NCBI RefSeq assembly: GCF_006345805.1
Contig: NC_042998.1
Span: forward strand, 66,464,001-66,528,000
Length of the DNA stretch: 64,000 nt
Origin: Octopus sinensis
Taxonomy: Eukaryota
Direction of reading: 5' to 3'
The position numbers were made by a program, and so were the translations under genes. Under the pieces are notes generated by a model. That model saw only the letters and a program-made list of their open reading frames with translations. It was not told the origin of the DNA and ran no database searches. Of the stretch, positions 24,448 through 37,024 are shown piece after piece (within the stretch, counting starts at the first letter, position 1; each line of letters opens with the position of its first letter).

Positions 24448-26388
24448 TGTGTGTGTCTGTCATCATTGTAGTATGCATATTTATATCTTTGTGTGTGACT
24501 AGATATACATATTTTTATATACCTATCTGAGTGTGTGAGTGTGCGCGCGTGTGTGTATGTATGTGTTTATGAAACGAAAAATATTTACATTTACTATATT
24601 CAAATGAATCGATGAAACGTACTCATTTTAATGCGAAGCGGAACTGGAATCGTTTTAGCGCTGATTAGCAAATGAAACTCTGAGACATAAATCTAGTTGT
24701 CAAGAATGGTAATGAAGAAGGTGTTGTCACAGCTGGAACGCTTTGGATAATTTTTCTGTCTGTCGTGGCTGACGAGACAACATCGATATCAACGCTAGAG
24801 TATGCTAAAAGATTAGCCGTCAAAAACCCTGGTCTACTTATTTTGCAATCAGAAATAACAGATACATCTCATGTGATAGCAAGGCCATATTGGATACTCT
24901 AAACCAATGGAATGAAAATGTACTAAATTTGATTGCTAATTATAAATCAACTGAATTGTAGTTTTAAAATGTCATCGTGTAGCAACTTCAGGTCATCTGT
25001 ATAAGCATTTCTATTACATAAGCATTAAGTATAAAAGATATTCTCCGCATACATCATTTTAAGAATGACGCACTTCCTTTCATTAGCATATATTACACTA
25101 TCTAGTGTTATTCTATACGCGTATTTATTCAATACTGAGAATTCTTAAAATTCTTTGAGTAATTTCAATGGTTTACAAACACTATAATGACATTCTCTCC
25201 ACCATTGTACAAATACAAAAAATCTTGTATTAGAGTGTGTGTAAGCGAGTGTCATTTTGGGCGTGTGCGTATGTGTGTGTATGTGTTTACGTGCATTTTC
25301 TTTCTGTGTGTATGTGCGTTTGTGTATGTGTGTATGTGCGTGTGCGTGTATGTTAATACACTGAATGTATTCCATTCACATATTATCCTGCGAATTCTTA
25401 TATGTGAACAATACAGCAAAATTTAGAGAAAAGGTTATTACTGTCTATATATTTGTGTTTTTGTGTGAGTATGTATATATGTAGATATTAATGTATGTAT
25501 ATATATATAGAGAGAGAGATATTTCTTTTACAGCTTGTGGATCACTAAATTCAATTCAAATACGCATTATACGCTAACCCCAGTCTTCGTATCTACAATG
25601 AAACATTTCAATAGATAGACAGTTCTCATTCCACTTTGCTAACTGAATTCAAAACAACACACATAACTATCTAAAATATGAGAGCCTGAAATACATCCAC
25701 AAATATATTCAGGAGCTAACCAAGCATATGACATACAAACACGGCACCACAAATAAAACGCAGCGATGATATGCCAATACACTTCAGTTCTCCACAAAGA
25801 TATATAATGCCGGAAAAATCCCATTCGACCTGATTGGACAAAAACGTGTAAATAAGTAAAACGTAACTAGTTAAGAAAGCGGTATCGACGTTAAAATGTC
25901 ACTATGAAATAGTAAAAGGTAATAAACTGATTTTATGCAGCAAAAAGAAGAAAACTTTCCCTATACAAAGCAACAGCAAGGGAAACATCGGTCGAAATTA
26001 GCACAGGGAAAACAGAACGATATTTTATGATAAGAAACAAAGATACTTCGACATTAGCATTCTCTACAATCGACTTTATCGCATACGCAATCTGTAGACT
26101 AACCAATAAAGAGGATGTCTACATACATGTATCTGGCAAAATATCATTCCTGTTATCAACTATGAAACTTACGAAGCTATAAGACGAGCACAGAATATCA
26201 AAACTTCCTGTTGTGAATGGTAAAAATGGCAAATATATATATCTTTCCTAAATGTGACATATTGGAATGCATATGTCGACCAGACTACCTCAAGCGAGTG
26301 TCTTCTTAGCTTCTGGCGTTCCAACGCCATGCCAATCGATTTCGCTGGCGGAAACAAACTGTTTGGGCGCCCTTCGTGCATATATATA

Positions 26389-27422
26389 TTGGGCTGGCAA
26401 CTAGATTAACCCCGTTTTTTGAAATTTTGGAATTAATTGCGTTTTGAAATTTTCGAATCTATTTTTTTCGAGAATTCTATTTTTTAATCATTTTGGAATC
26501 TACTTTGTTTTTGTTCTTTTTTTCTAGTTAATTTCAATTAATTTTTGTTTATTTTCAGATCATTACAATGGAATGTCAAGTTAAGAAAAACGAGCACTTT
26601 CGTCACCTCCTTCTTTTTGCCTTTAATCAAGGTTCCAAGGCCGCAAAAGCTGCTAGAGACATTTGTGCTGTGTATGGAGAGGGTGCCATAGCTGAAAGAA
26701 CCACTCGTGATTGGTATTACAAGTTCAAAAATGGAATGCTCCCACACTGCTATAGAGAAGCATCTTCACTCGATGGTTAAGAAGTATGTACCATAGGTTC
26801 CGCATGTTTTAAGTAACAACAAGAAAACCAACAAGCCACTATCACCGCTGGTTTGCTTGCACGACACCGCTCAACGATTTCTTTACCGAATTGTTACTGG
26901 CGACGAAAAATGGTGCCTGTAAGGAATGGCTTAGCCCCGGTAAACAAGTGACACCGCCGGTGAAACAAGATCTTCATCCGCATAAAACAGTGTTGTGCGT
27001 ATGGTGGGACTGGGAAGGGTTTATCCATTACGAATTGCTTGAATGGAACCAAACGGACAACGCGTAACTCTATGTTCAACAGATGGAACGGCTCAATACG
27101 GCTATTCAAGAGAAAAGACCATACCCACCGTAGTCTCCTGATTTGGCACCATCGGATTTCCTCCTCTTTCCATCTCTTTCAAGTGCTATGCGCGGAGTTT
27201 CGTTCAATACTGGTGCAGAATTGAGAGTTTAGTTGGATCGATTTTTCGAGTTGAAATCGAGTGATTTCTACCAAAGAGGTATTGAAAATATTGTTGAACT
27301 TTGGAAAGAAGTTGTAAACAAGAAGGGTGACTACATTATTGATTAATTAGATGTTAATTTTTATTAATCCTTTTAAAGAATTTTAATTTAATTCAAGGGT
27401 GGGAAATTAATTGCCAACCCAA
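26389..27422 (+). mobile_element. Internally deleted mariner (Tc1/mariner) transposon
   Basis: TIRs ttgggctggcaa / ttgccaacccaa, each flanked by TA; HTH MECQVKKNEHFRHLLLFAFNQGSKAAKAARDIC; RFLYRIVTGDEKW; HPHKTVLCVWWD; HPP*SPDLAPSDF. Confidence 0.92.
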
Positions 27423-27470
27423 TATGTATGTTTGTGTGTGTTATAATAATTATATAAAAATTTAAAACAA

Positions 27471-27621
27471 GGACTTGGGTATAAGCCTCTCCATACGCTA
27501 GAAATAGACGCCAAAAGACGCTAAAACCACATTAAAATCTCCAAAAACTGAAACGTGGATTTCTTTAATGTGGTATTCGCGTCTATTTCTAGTACGCAAA
27601 AAGGCTTATAGCTTTTTGTCC
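27471..27621. repeat. Imperfect ~150-bp foldback (MITE-like)
   Basis: ataagcct..ctagaaatagacgc..accacattaaa paired with tttaatgtggt..gcgtctatttctag..aggcttat. Confidence 0.65.
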
Positions 27622-27819
27622 ATGTTGTGGATGATGATATTTACGAGTGAATGACTTCACAAATAGAAAAATAAGAGGAGGCAATTGGTTATCGTTATTA
27701 TTGTTATTGTTGCGGGCAAGTGTGATAACTGCTCAGCTTTCGCTAAGGGGAGGGGAATATATATATAGACATAAAAAAAATTTTCGAAAAACTTGTTTAG
27801 AGAGGGGTTTATTACGTTG

Positions 27820-28088
27820 ATGTACATAATTACACATTACATAACCTGCTCGGGTTGCGGACACAACTATATGGACAGACGAGTATGACCTTGAGACGGA
27901 GAACCATTCGTAATAAAAGGCAAATCCGTTTCCCGCAATACAGGCAAATTCCTCTCAGTGATCATATAGAAAAATTTGCAGATAACATCAAACCAAATTT
28001 CACAGACTTCCCCTTCTACCACTGCAAAGACACAATTTCTCCACATGAACGTTTAAATAAAGAAACTTTTTTCATCGAAAAATTCTGA
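27820..28088 (+). pseudogene. PLE GIY-YIG endonuclease C-terminal fragment
   Basis: ..TLRRR..RQI.FPQYRQIPLSDHIEK..FPFYHC..RLNKETFFIEKF is clearly homologous to the 53548-54027 ORF. Confidence 0.8.
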
Positions 28089-28145
28089 ACACAATTTACA
28101 TCCCCACACTAAGCAATGTTTTCGAAATATTTTTTTGTGTATATA

Positions 28146-28184
<39 letters not shown>

Positions 28185-28375
28185 CCCCTGCCCTTACCGA
28201 AAGCTGAACAGTTGTCTCCCTTGCCAACAACACAAACAATAAAAATGATAACCAATTACGTCCCAATATTTTTCAACTTGTAAAGTCATTCACTCGTAAA
28301 TATCATCGCCCACAACATGGACAAAAATTTCTTAAGAAAATACATATTCAAATAAGAAAACCTTAATATCATGAA

Positions 28376-28660
28376 TGTTTGTTCCTTCTTGAGCCACGCC
28401 TGTCTCATAAGGGCCGGTTTCCCGGTTTGCTTGGCGTATAGCTTCCTCACCTGGATGGGACGCCTGTCCGTCGTAGGTTAGCTGCAAGTTCCAGGAGGAA
28501 AGTGAGAGGAAATTGTAGTAAAAGAGTCAGCAGAATTTCGCAATTACCTTCTTCCGGAGCCGCGTGGAGCGTAGGTGCTTCGGTCATAAACATACACATT
28601 GCTCGGTCTGATATTCGAACCCGCGATCCCTCGAACACGAGTCCCCTGCTCTAAACATTA
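28376..28660 (-). mobile_element. SINE S4
   Basis: Reverse complement of the 16951/35870 family. Confidence 0.85.
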
Positions 28661-28805
28661 GGTTGATATTTTAAAAATTATGTTCAAACTATGTAAAATG
28701 TGTGTATTTTCCTTTTTTAATTTGTTATATATATATTACAACTTACCACCTGGGGTTAATCGAAATTCCTCCTTCTCTGTTACTATTGATTTATCTATCT
28801 AACTG

Positions 28806-28940
<135 letters not shown>

Positions 28941-28971
28941 TTTATTTAAGCAGCAGAAAATTCAACATAAC

Positions 28972-29009
28972 CTGTTACTCTGAGTTTCCCGTTACCGTTC
29001 ATCGGACAG
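28972..29009 (-). ncRNA. Minimal type-I hammerhead-like motif (family F, U4C core) in a ~100-bp element between (TA)n tracts
   Basis: CUGU CCGAUGA ACG GUAA CGG GAAA CUC A GAG UA ACAG: stem I CUGU/ACAG, GNRA-capped stem II, near-palindromic stem III, GUA cleavage triplet. Confidence 0.6.
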
Positions 29010-29041
29010 TTTTTGCTAGAATGGAACCGATATGTAAATTC

Positions 29042-29074
<33 letters not shown>

Positions 29075-29077
29075 TGT

Positions 29078-29132
<55 letters not shown>

Positions 29133-29138
29133 CATACA

Positions 29139-29194
<56 letters not shown>

Positions 29195-29479
29195 GGCCTG
29201 TATGTATGTATGTATGTATACATATACGTGTCTTTGTGTCTTTGTGTTGATCCGACCTTGAACCTGACAACCAATCTTTTTTGCTTAGGACCATAATTTA
29301 GTGATGCACGAAAAGAAGCCAATAGAATGAGTACTATACATACAAAATGAGCACTTGGATGTATTAAATGGGTTCCATTACATCTATCAACCCAGTGACG
29401 ACGCGTGTTTGCAGTCCGATGGGTGATAAAAAAAAGATGAAAGATAGTGTTATCTTTGAACATAGGACGTTCTGAGTAA

Positions 29480-30290
29480 ATAATATAAAAGAAATATCGT
29501 CCCGACGTCAATTTAGAAAATATTTGCAGACCAGATACAAGAGAACTATTAGGATTTTCACGGCACTGTAGACAGAGAATGACCTAGAAGTGTTCGAAAA
29601 TATGGACGCAGATAAATTTTGTAAAAAAAAAGAAAGAAAGGAATAACTCATACATTCCTTAAAACTTTTCAGACTCAGATCAACCAACCGAGACACTAAT
29701 TAGTTTAGGTAGAATATAACACATAATTTTAGAAATTAAAAATTACCTTCATCAAATAATTAAGTAATTGCGGCCATATCTTATTAAACAGGAATATGTT
29801 CAACTATTTTACACAAACCATCTCTAGAAAGATATTGCAGCAACAAATGTTCGATCTAGTGTACTAGTACGAGGTCTTGAAATTTCATTATCTATGATGA
29901 ATTTCCAGAAATTAAATCCAACCAATATATTCCAAAATATTAGGAAATTATTGAAAAATCCACATAAAGAATTCATTAAAATAACAGAACCAGAAAACAA
30001 GGAGCATCACTAGGAGTCATCTGGCACTTGAGATGTAACGTATCGGAAATGTGTGTAAGGAACATTGATCATATTAATCAACGTTTTCATCTCAATTTAC
30101 CAACAGTTGCACGATATGCAATATGCGAAAAGTGCTACCAGGGAAGAACTCTCAAAAGAACATCCATCAAACCTATACATGCACAAATACATATAACAGA
30201 AAATAAAATCAACTGTAAAGGACCGAACCGTGCCCGCTCAATTGGAAATCGTCGAAGAATGAAATATTGCGAGGGGAAAAACTGCTGAAT
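29480..30290 (+). pseudogene. Decayed coding-like segment, possibly non-LTR ORF1
   Basis: Long near-open frame ..NVRSSVLVRGLEISLS.. and downstream ICEKCYQG suggest an RRM plus knuckle; not a firm family match. Confidence 0.25.
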
Positions 30291-30825
30291 CGAGATGTGA
30301 AGAAATGGATTTAGCATTTAGCAAGCTAGTTGTAGGCAACACACACGCGCGCGCGGACACACATACATAAACACACACAATACACATGCATAAATGCGTT
30401 TTTCTTTGTACCAACATACGTTATCGGAATGCAATTGAAAAAATATTGGAATCGGAAATATGATATTGATCTGAGGAGTAACAACTTAGCGGTTTATGAG
30501 AAAAAAACTGAGCATGGATGTATTTATAAATGTATATAGATGAGTACGACGTGTTTTCATAATCACAATCCCGAACACATGCCATTCAGCCTGCAAACTT
30601 CAGAATTTACTTTCAAATTAATGTTTTGTTGAATGACAGTCAACTGCTGAAGATAATGCCTATTGAAGGGTTGGTAAAGGCAAAATATACATCGAATAAT
30701 CTAACAGCAAAAGAAGCGACAAAAAGGCATACATTTTTCTATGATTTGCATACACCACAAATTAAGTCGGGTAAGATCAAGTCAGGTTTGGGGATGTGCA
30801 CCATTGCAGTGCATTGTTACGTTCA

Positions 30826-30885
30826 CCAATTGTCGGTGTATTCTCGAGACATCTCACGTGACTCATCAATCAGAGTTCCAATCAG
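30826..30885 (+). promoter_or_regulatory. Candidate promoter-like motif cluster
   Basis: CCAAT (30826), TCACGTGA E-box (30854-61) overlapping TGACTCA (30859-65), CCAATCAG (30878-85); strong donor AAG|GTAAGT downstream at 31103/4. Confidence 0.25.
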
Positions 30886-32182
30886 CCCCCAACTCTGCGA
30901 GATACGTCGTCTGAGGGAATGAAAGAGTATATGTGTTGTGTTTGTGTGTGTACGTATGAAAAACAGTGAAGGAATCTCAATAATTGTTCAATTTTCTAAA
31001 ACACTCCACCGGTCTCTAATCAATCATGAAATTAGTTTCCCTTATATAGAAAAGAAAGTTGTTATCTAGTTGTTCTTCATAACAAAAATATTGTCATTGC
31101 AAGGTAAGTATTGAACTATTTCAAATGGAAATGACAAGGAATGATTAAGTTCAAAATGTTTTCAATTTTAGTTATAACTTATGATATTAATATGAAAATT
31201 GTATTTTACCTTAAAAATTAATTTAGAAAATAATATTGAAATACATACAAATATTGAAAGCAATATATACATTTTACTCAACTTCTAAATATATTTCTGT
31301 GGAGCGTGTGTATTATATATATTTCAAATCGTTTAAAAAGTTAAGTTTCATGAGACGTGTGAGGAAACCAACAACGAGAAGACATTAAAAATTAAGAGTA
31401 AAAATTAATAGAAAACACAAATTAAAATGTATTTTTAACATAAACTTTTATTTATATATGTGTGTGTGTGCGTGTATGTATGTATTTATTTACATATTTA
31501 TATTTATATAAACATTTAATATGAAAATGTTTAAAGTACTTTTGTGATTAATACCTCGATTAGTTGTACTACGAAGCAAAAAATGATGAGCAAACTTTGA
31601 AAATCTCAATCGATCGAAATCTCTATTTTGGTTCAGAATTAGAGTAATAACAGCAAACACATGTAACATATGACTGATTCTCTGTATTTCGTCTGTAACA
31701 GTACTGGGGTTTGTACTTTTCGATATTTATTGCTTTGGCACATTCTATTACGTTGTAGGTTCCTCATGATAAGTGTGTACGATGAGTTTTCTGTGTGAAT
31801 AGTTATTTGAGAATGTACTCTTTTAAAGTTTGTTGAGTCTTGGTTTGTACTTTTGTATCAAATTATTTTCTTTGTTTATCCTTGCTTCATCTCTGGTATT
31901 CGTTGAAAATAGGTAGAGTGGTAAGACTTGGAGTTAAGTCGACATTTTTTTGGCACATATGTCTGTTTTGTTATAGTTTGTAATATTAAATCTATAGATA
32001 CTACACATGTATATTTATTAATTGGTTAGCTTATGTAAGGAGTTTGACTATATTTGAAACATTTCTTATTTTGATTACAATTTAATGACTTGTAATAGCT
32101 TAGTGTATTTTATTTAATTTTAAAGTATTTAATTATTGAAGTATTATTTTATTTTTAAATTATGTATATTTAGAATTTTCAT

Positions 32183-32240
<58 letters not shown>

Positions 32241-32242
<2 letters not shown>

Positions 32243-32708
32243 CTTAGATATGTTTCGACCAAAGATTGGTCCAGCCCATATCTAACTTAATAGCACCACC
32301 TGATAGGATTATTCGAATCCTGTTTAAGTCAAGTTTCGTTTAAGTCAAGTTTTGTTCAAGTAGTGAGTTCTTGTTCGGTGAGTTGTATTCAATTATGGGT
32401 GGCTTATCTGGTATTCTTTGAAGGAATCTATCCAGACTCCGTTTAAAATTGATGGGATCCTTTTCCTCTTTGATCTCCCTCGGGACAATGTTAAATATGG
32501 CAAGGCCTGTTGAGGAAAAGAAATTATGTTGCAGTGTACATGTATGTTGTGATCTTGAATTGGGCAGGGGACGTATGGCCCGTGGTCCCAGTCTTGGATG
32601 AACCTTGAAGCTACTGTTAAGGTCGTTTGGGCAAAGTTGGCGGTATATTCTCCACATCGTACAAATGATGTACCGCTCACGGCGACGCTGGAGGGAGTAA
32701 AGTTTCAA
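32241..32708 (-). mobile_element. CR1/L2-group LINE 3' end (ORF2 C-terminus plus UTR)
   Basis: KLYSLQRRRERY..FNIVPREI..FKRSLDRFLQRIPDKP..NSL matches CR1-group ORF2 ends; short UTR with stem-loop gacca..tggtc abuts (TA)n. Confidence 0.8.
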
Positions 32709-33093
32709 GTATATATATTAATTACTTATTTTACTGTTCTATAATATTTTTTACCTGATGAGTGACTATATTTATATGCAAGTGATTTATCAACAACTTT
32801 AATTATTTCTTAAATATAGCAGCGAAACACATGTTTTTCTACCTATTATATACGTTATATTATTTTTGTAATTTACTTAATCTTTACTTTTTAATTGTTA
32901 TTTTATTTTTAACTTTTCTATTGTATGTCATTACCTGGATGGTGTAATTTAATTATTCATTTTGAATTGATAAAAGGTGATCTTTTTTCAAAAATTTTAT
33001 ATATATGTATTATATTGTGTGGAATTTGATTTAGTATTTCTAAATTGAATTCTTTTTCCTTGTAAGTTGGGATTTTATTCCCTCAAATAATAG

Positions 33094-33140
<47 letters not shown>

Positions 33141-33616
33141 GTATTAATTAATAATAGGCCATGTATTTCCCTACATCAATAGTACAAGATGGAAGTACCT
33201 GAATTTCACTCTCAAAGGTTGGGGCGATACCAGCCTACATAAGCATAAACTTAAAGAACGTTCAACGCAGTGTTCTAGCGTATAACGATTAAAGAATTAA
33301 CCGCATGGGACATATATAAACACCACACTGTCTTGACAGACGTTAGGTTTTAGAAGTTATATTATATTTATACACCACACAATTGAGAATGTAAGGAGTA
33401 ATTTTATGCCTCTATCTTAAATGATTTTGGTGAACTTAATTCAAAATTAGAAAGTTAGCCACCGCTAATTCATCTTCCATTTCCGACTTATAACAGTGTT
33501 CATATAACTCTAGGTGCAAGGCAGTAGGCACATATATGTATAGATATATACATGTATATATATATATAGTATATATATAATTATATATTATATATATATA
33601 TAAGCAAAGCAGTAGG

Positions 33617-33649
<33 letters not shown>

Positions 33650-33668
33650 TATATATAAGCAAAGCAGT

Positions 33669-33706
<38 letters not shown>

Positions 33707-34289
33707 GTATGAAAATGCATGTATGTGTTTGTGTGTTTGTATGCGCATGCATTTAAAGTCTGTGACAGATATGTGTGTGTACATACATTCCAATACAGAT
33801 ACACATCCCATCACGATTATACACAAACAAGCATGCACATCCTATGTATACTCACTCTACTTGCAGATATTTTAATGTTCAGGATTGTAGTTTTATGATG
33901 CTACGATATTAAATTTCCTCTGATTAAAAAGAGATAATCCGTTTTATTGATGCAATCAAAAACTAATTACAGGCATTAAATAGCGTTCTTGCTTAAGTTG
34001 TATTCATTGGAAAAGTTTTGATTTACGTTTTTGTTGAAGTCATTCGTGTTCAAATGATATCTGCTGTTAGACTCTGGGGAAATTATTCATGTATTTCATA
34101 TTGGATTTTCTTCTGTTTTATTTTAGATTTTATTTAGTGAAAGTACATTTTAATTTCTGTTTTCACTAAATAAAGTATCTTAGAATAATCTGATCACGGT
34201 GTTTCATTTAGTTGAAAAATAATGAATTTACCAGTGGCTTCCCTAATTATTCTGTTATTAAAATAATATTTGTTATACGTGCATGTACA

Positions 34290-34520
34290 TATGTACACAT
34301 TCATGACTTCAATAACTCTTTCTTTGAGAGAAAGGTTGGTAAAGGCTTCTTTGTTTCTGAGGTTGTATGTGGATATGTACGTTAGTATTTTCGGGGAAGA
34401 TGTGTTGCTGTGTTGAACTTTCTTAAGGTTTCTATGTCGATTTGTGTCGCACGTCGATTCCATCCTCTATGAGTTGAACTGGGTAGTGTCTGTCAATTAG
34501 GGTGTTTTTGAGTTCTTGCA
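34290..34520 (-). mobile_element. Fragment of the 53-59 kb Neptune-like PLE family (RT-endonuclease linker)
   Basis: Clear nucleotide homology to 54160-54337 (gtagtattttcggggaag..gtctgtcaattagggtgtttttgagttcttgca). Confidence 0.85.
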
Positions 34521-34891
34521 CACAAACACGCAAGGATACATGCACACAAACACACACACATGCACACAAACACACATACACAAAACACGCACACAGAGTG
34601 GCATTCTCAATAAATAAACTGTACTATAATGTTCTGATCCGTTATAACACTAAAATGCTCTTAAGCACACTCATAAACACCCTTTCTTTCTCTCTATCTC
34701 TCTTCCACACGCTCACATTCTCACTCAAAATATAACAGCGCAAACTTACAAACTAAGGGACAGAAAATGAAATAGACTTGGCGAGGAATTTGACTGAAGG
34801 GGTTTCCAATGATGAGAAAAGGCATTTGAACAACCTTAATTGCTTATATGAATATTTAACCAATTAGGATGTACATGATAAAATAGTGAAT

Positions 34892-34924
<33 letters not shown>

Positions 34925-35130
34925 TTGTGAAATAGAAAGATGAATAATCTTGTTGCAGATTAAACAAAAGTTTAACCGATACCTTGGTAGCAAAAATTAC
35001 AGCAGAAGACAGCACGGTTGGAGGTACAACCATATAGTGTTGCAACCGTGCGTTGGTGCGGATAATTGAATTTTAATATTATTAGTGAATTGAAGAAATG
35101 GAGTTGAACGAAGATGAACAGAAATCGTTT

Positions 35131-35221
35131 ATTTCATTCTACACGTGTTTCGAAAGGCACAATTTACCAAATTCCGATTGAATAATGAGACCATATTGTG
35201 TCTTTCTCTTCAGGAAGAAAT
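35131..35221 (-). ncRNA. Type-I hammerhead motif, family A (left arm)
   Basis: Mirror image of 35367-35457. Confidence 0.75.
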
Positions 35222-35366
35222 AGGAATCCGTTGGAAAAAACAAAAACAGAACAGAGGCGGAGCAAAACAAATCGAATTAGGCTCCTAAGAGCCCGGGCTC
35301 TTAGGAGGCTAGTTCGATTTGTTTTGCTCCGCCTCTGTTCTGTTTTGTTTTTTCCAACGGATTTCT

Positions 35367-35457
35367 ATTTCTTCCTGAAGAGAAAGACACAATATGGTCT
35401 CATTATTCAATCGGAATTTGGTAAATTGTGCCTTTCGAAACACGTGTAGAATGAAAT
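35367..35457 (+). ncRNA. Type-I hammerhead motif, family A (right arm)
   Basis: AUUUCUUC CUGAAGA GAAAGACACAAU..AUUGUGCCUUUC GAAA CACGUG UA GAAUGAAAU: 8-bp stem I with one bulge, 11/12-bp stem II, palindromic ACACGUGU stem III, GUA triplet with predicted cut after 35448. Confidence 0.8.
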
Positions 35458-35552
35458 AAAACGATTTCTGTTCAATCTTCGTTCAACTCCATTTCTTCAA
35501 TTCACTAATAATATATATATATATAATATATAATATTATATTATATATATAC

Positions 35553-35586
<34 letters not shown>

Positions 35587-35589
35587 ATA

Positions 35590-35808
35590 TATATATTTCG
35601 CCATGTTCAATCGCTAGCTTCAGCACGCATGTTTTTTTTCTCCTTGTTTCTCTCCGTGTTTCTTTTCTGTGTATCTTTCTATTGAAGAGCGTAGGCTCGA
35701 AACGTAAAAGACTTGTTTTATTTATATTCTTGAGCGCCATACTAATACAATTGTTTGTTTGTACTCCACCTGCCTTCGTCTTTTGTTTATTTTCATAAAG
35801 CTTCCCGT

Positions 35809-35810
<2 letters not shown>
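35590..35810 (+). mobile_element. Family C hammerhead mini-element
   Basis: Between (TA)n tracts; motif 35675-35710 cttt CTATTGA a gagc gtag gctc GAAA cg ta aaag. Confidence 0.75.
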
Positions 35811-35843
<33 letters not shown>

Positions 35844-35869
35844 CTGTGTGTGTGTGTGTGTGTGCGTGC

Positions 35870-36158
35870 GGAGGTACCTGGCCTAGGGGTTAGAATAGCA
35901 GACTCGGGATGGCGGGTTCGAATCTCAGACCGGGCGATGTGTGTGCTTATGAGCGAAACATCTATGCTCCACGCGGCTCCGGCTGAAGGTAATGGCGAAC
36001 TTCTGCTGACTCGCCACAACTTTCTCTCACTCCTTCCTCCTGCATTTTGCAGCTCACCTGCGACAGATCGGCGTCCCGTCCAGGTGGGGAACCTGTATCC
36101 CAAGGAAACCGGGAAACCAGATCTTATGAGCCAGGCGTGACTCGAGAAGGAACAAACA
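35870..36158 (+). mobile_element. SINE S4
   Basis: ggaggtacctggcctaggggttagaatagc..gggttcgaatctc head; collinear with 16951. Confidence 0.85.
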
Positions 36159-36235
36159 TATGTATGTATACGTATGTGGATATAAGTATGTAATGTGTGT
36201 TTATATGTATATGTATGTGTGTGTATGTATAATCG

Positions 36236-36958
36236 TTTCTTTTATACTATTACTTGTTTCAGTTATTTCACTACGGCCATGCTCGTGCAGCTCCATAAAG
36301 GGACTGTAGTCGAACAAACCAACCCCAGGACTTATTCTTTGCAAGTCTAGCACTCATTGTATCTTTCGCCGAAACGGGTACACAAACACATCAAAGTTGG
36401 CTGTTCACCGATGATGGTGGTGGTGAAGGAGAAGCACAGACACACACAAAGATATATAGGCGCTGGCGTCGCTGTGCGATAAGGAGCTTGTTTCTCATTC
36501 ACATGGTTCCGGGTTCAGTCGCAGAGCGCGTCACCTTGGTCACGTGTCTCCTACTTTAATCTGAGGCTTACCAAAGCCTTGTGAATGTATTTGTAAGAAG
36601 GAAACTGAATATGTATATGTGTGTGTGTATGTGTGTTTGTCCTCCACCTTCGATTGACAACCGATATTTACATCCCCGTAACTAACATGTTTGGCAAAAG
36701 GCAGCGATAAAATAAGTATTATGCTTACAAAGACTAAGTCCTGGGATCGATTTGTTTGAGTGAAAGCGATGCTCCAGCATGGCTGCAGGCAAATGACTGA
36801 AACCAGTGAAAAAAAGATATATATATACGATGGGCTTCTTTCAGTTTCCGTCTACCAATTCCACACATAAGTCCTTAATGGGCCCGGTGATATAGAATAC
36901 ACTTGCACAAGGTGCCGCGCAAAACTGAACACGGAACCATGTAGTTGGGAAGCAACCA
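36236..36958. mobile_element. Nested S1 SINEs: plus-strand copy (36459-36812) inside a minus-strand copy
   Basis: Minus 3' half 36236-36450 and minus 5' half 36825-36958 flank a plus copy bounded by the direct repeat aaagatatata (36448-58, 36813-23). Confidence 0.8.
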
Positions 36959-36975
36959 TGTATAATTATATATAT

Positions 36976-37024
<49 letters not shown>

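Larger units (their letters stand above)
34926..35514. mobile_element. Family A hammerhead element as head-to-head inverted dimer (spacer-less palindrome 35076-35514)
   Basis: Arms ~218 bp, centre CCC|GGG at 35294/5, a few substitutions and 1-nt indels; (TA)n at both ends. Confidence 0.85.

Noticed and set aside
24768-24830. Kinesin-like peptide TSISTLEYAKR
   Set aside because: The flanking residues do not match kinesin and there are no splice sites; likely chance.
26173-26207. Minus-strand 35-nt exon candidate (cag|..|gtaagt)
   Set aside because: Good splice signals but no homology; such sites are expected by chance in 64 kb.
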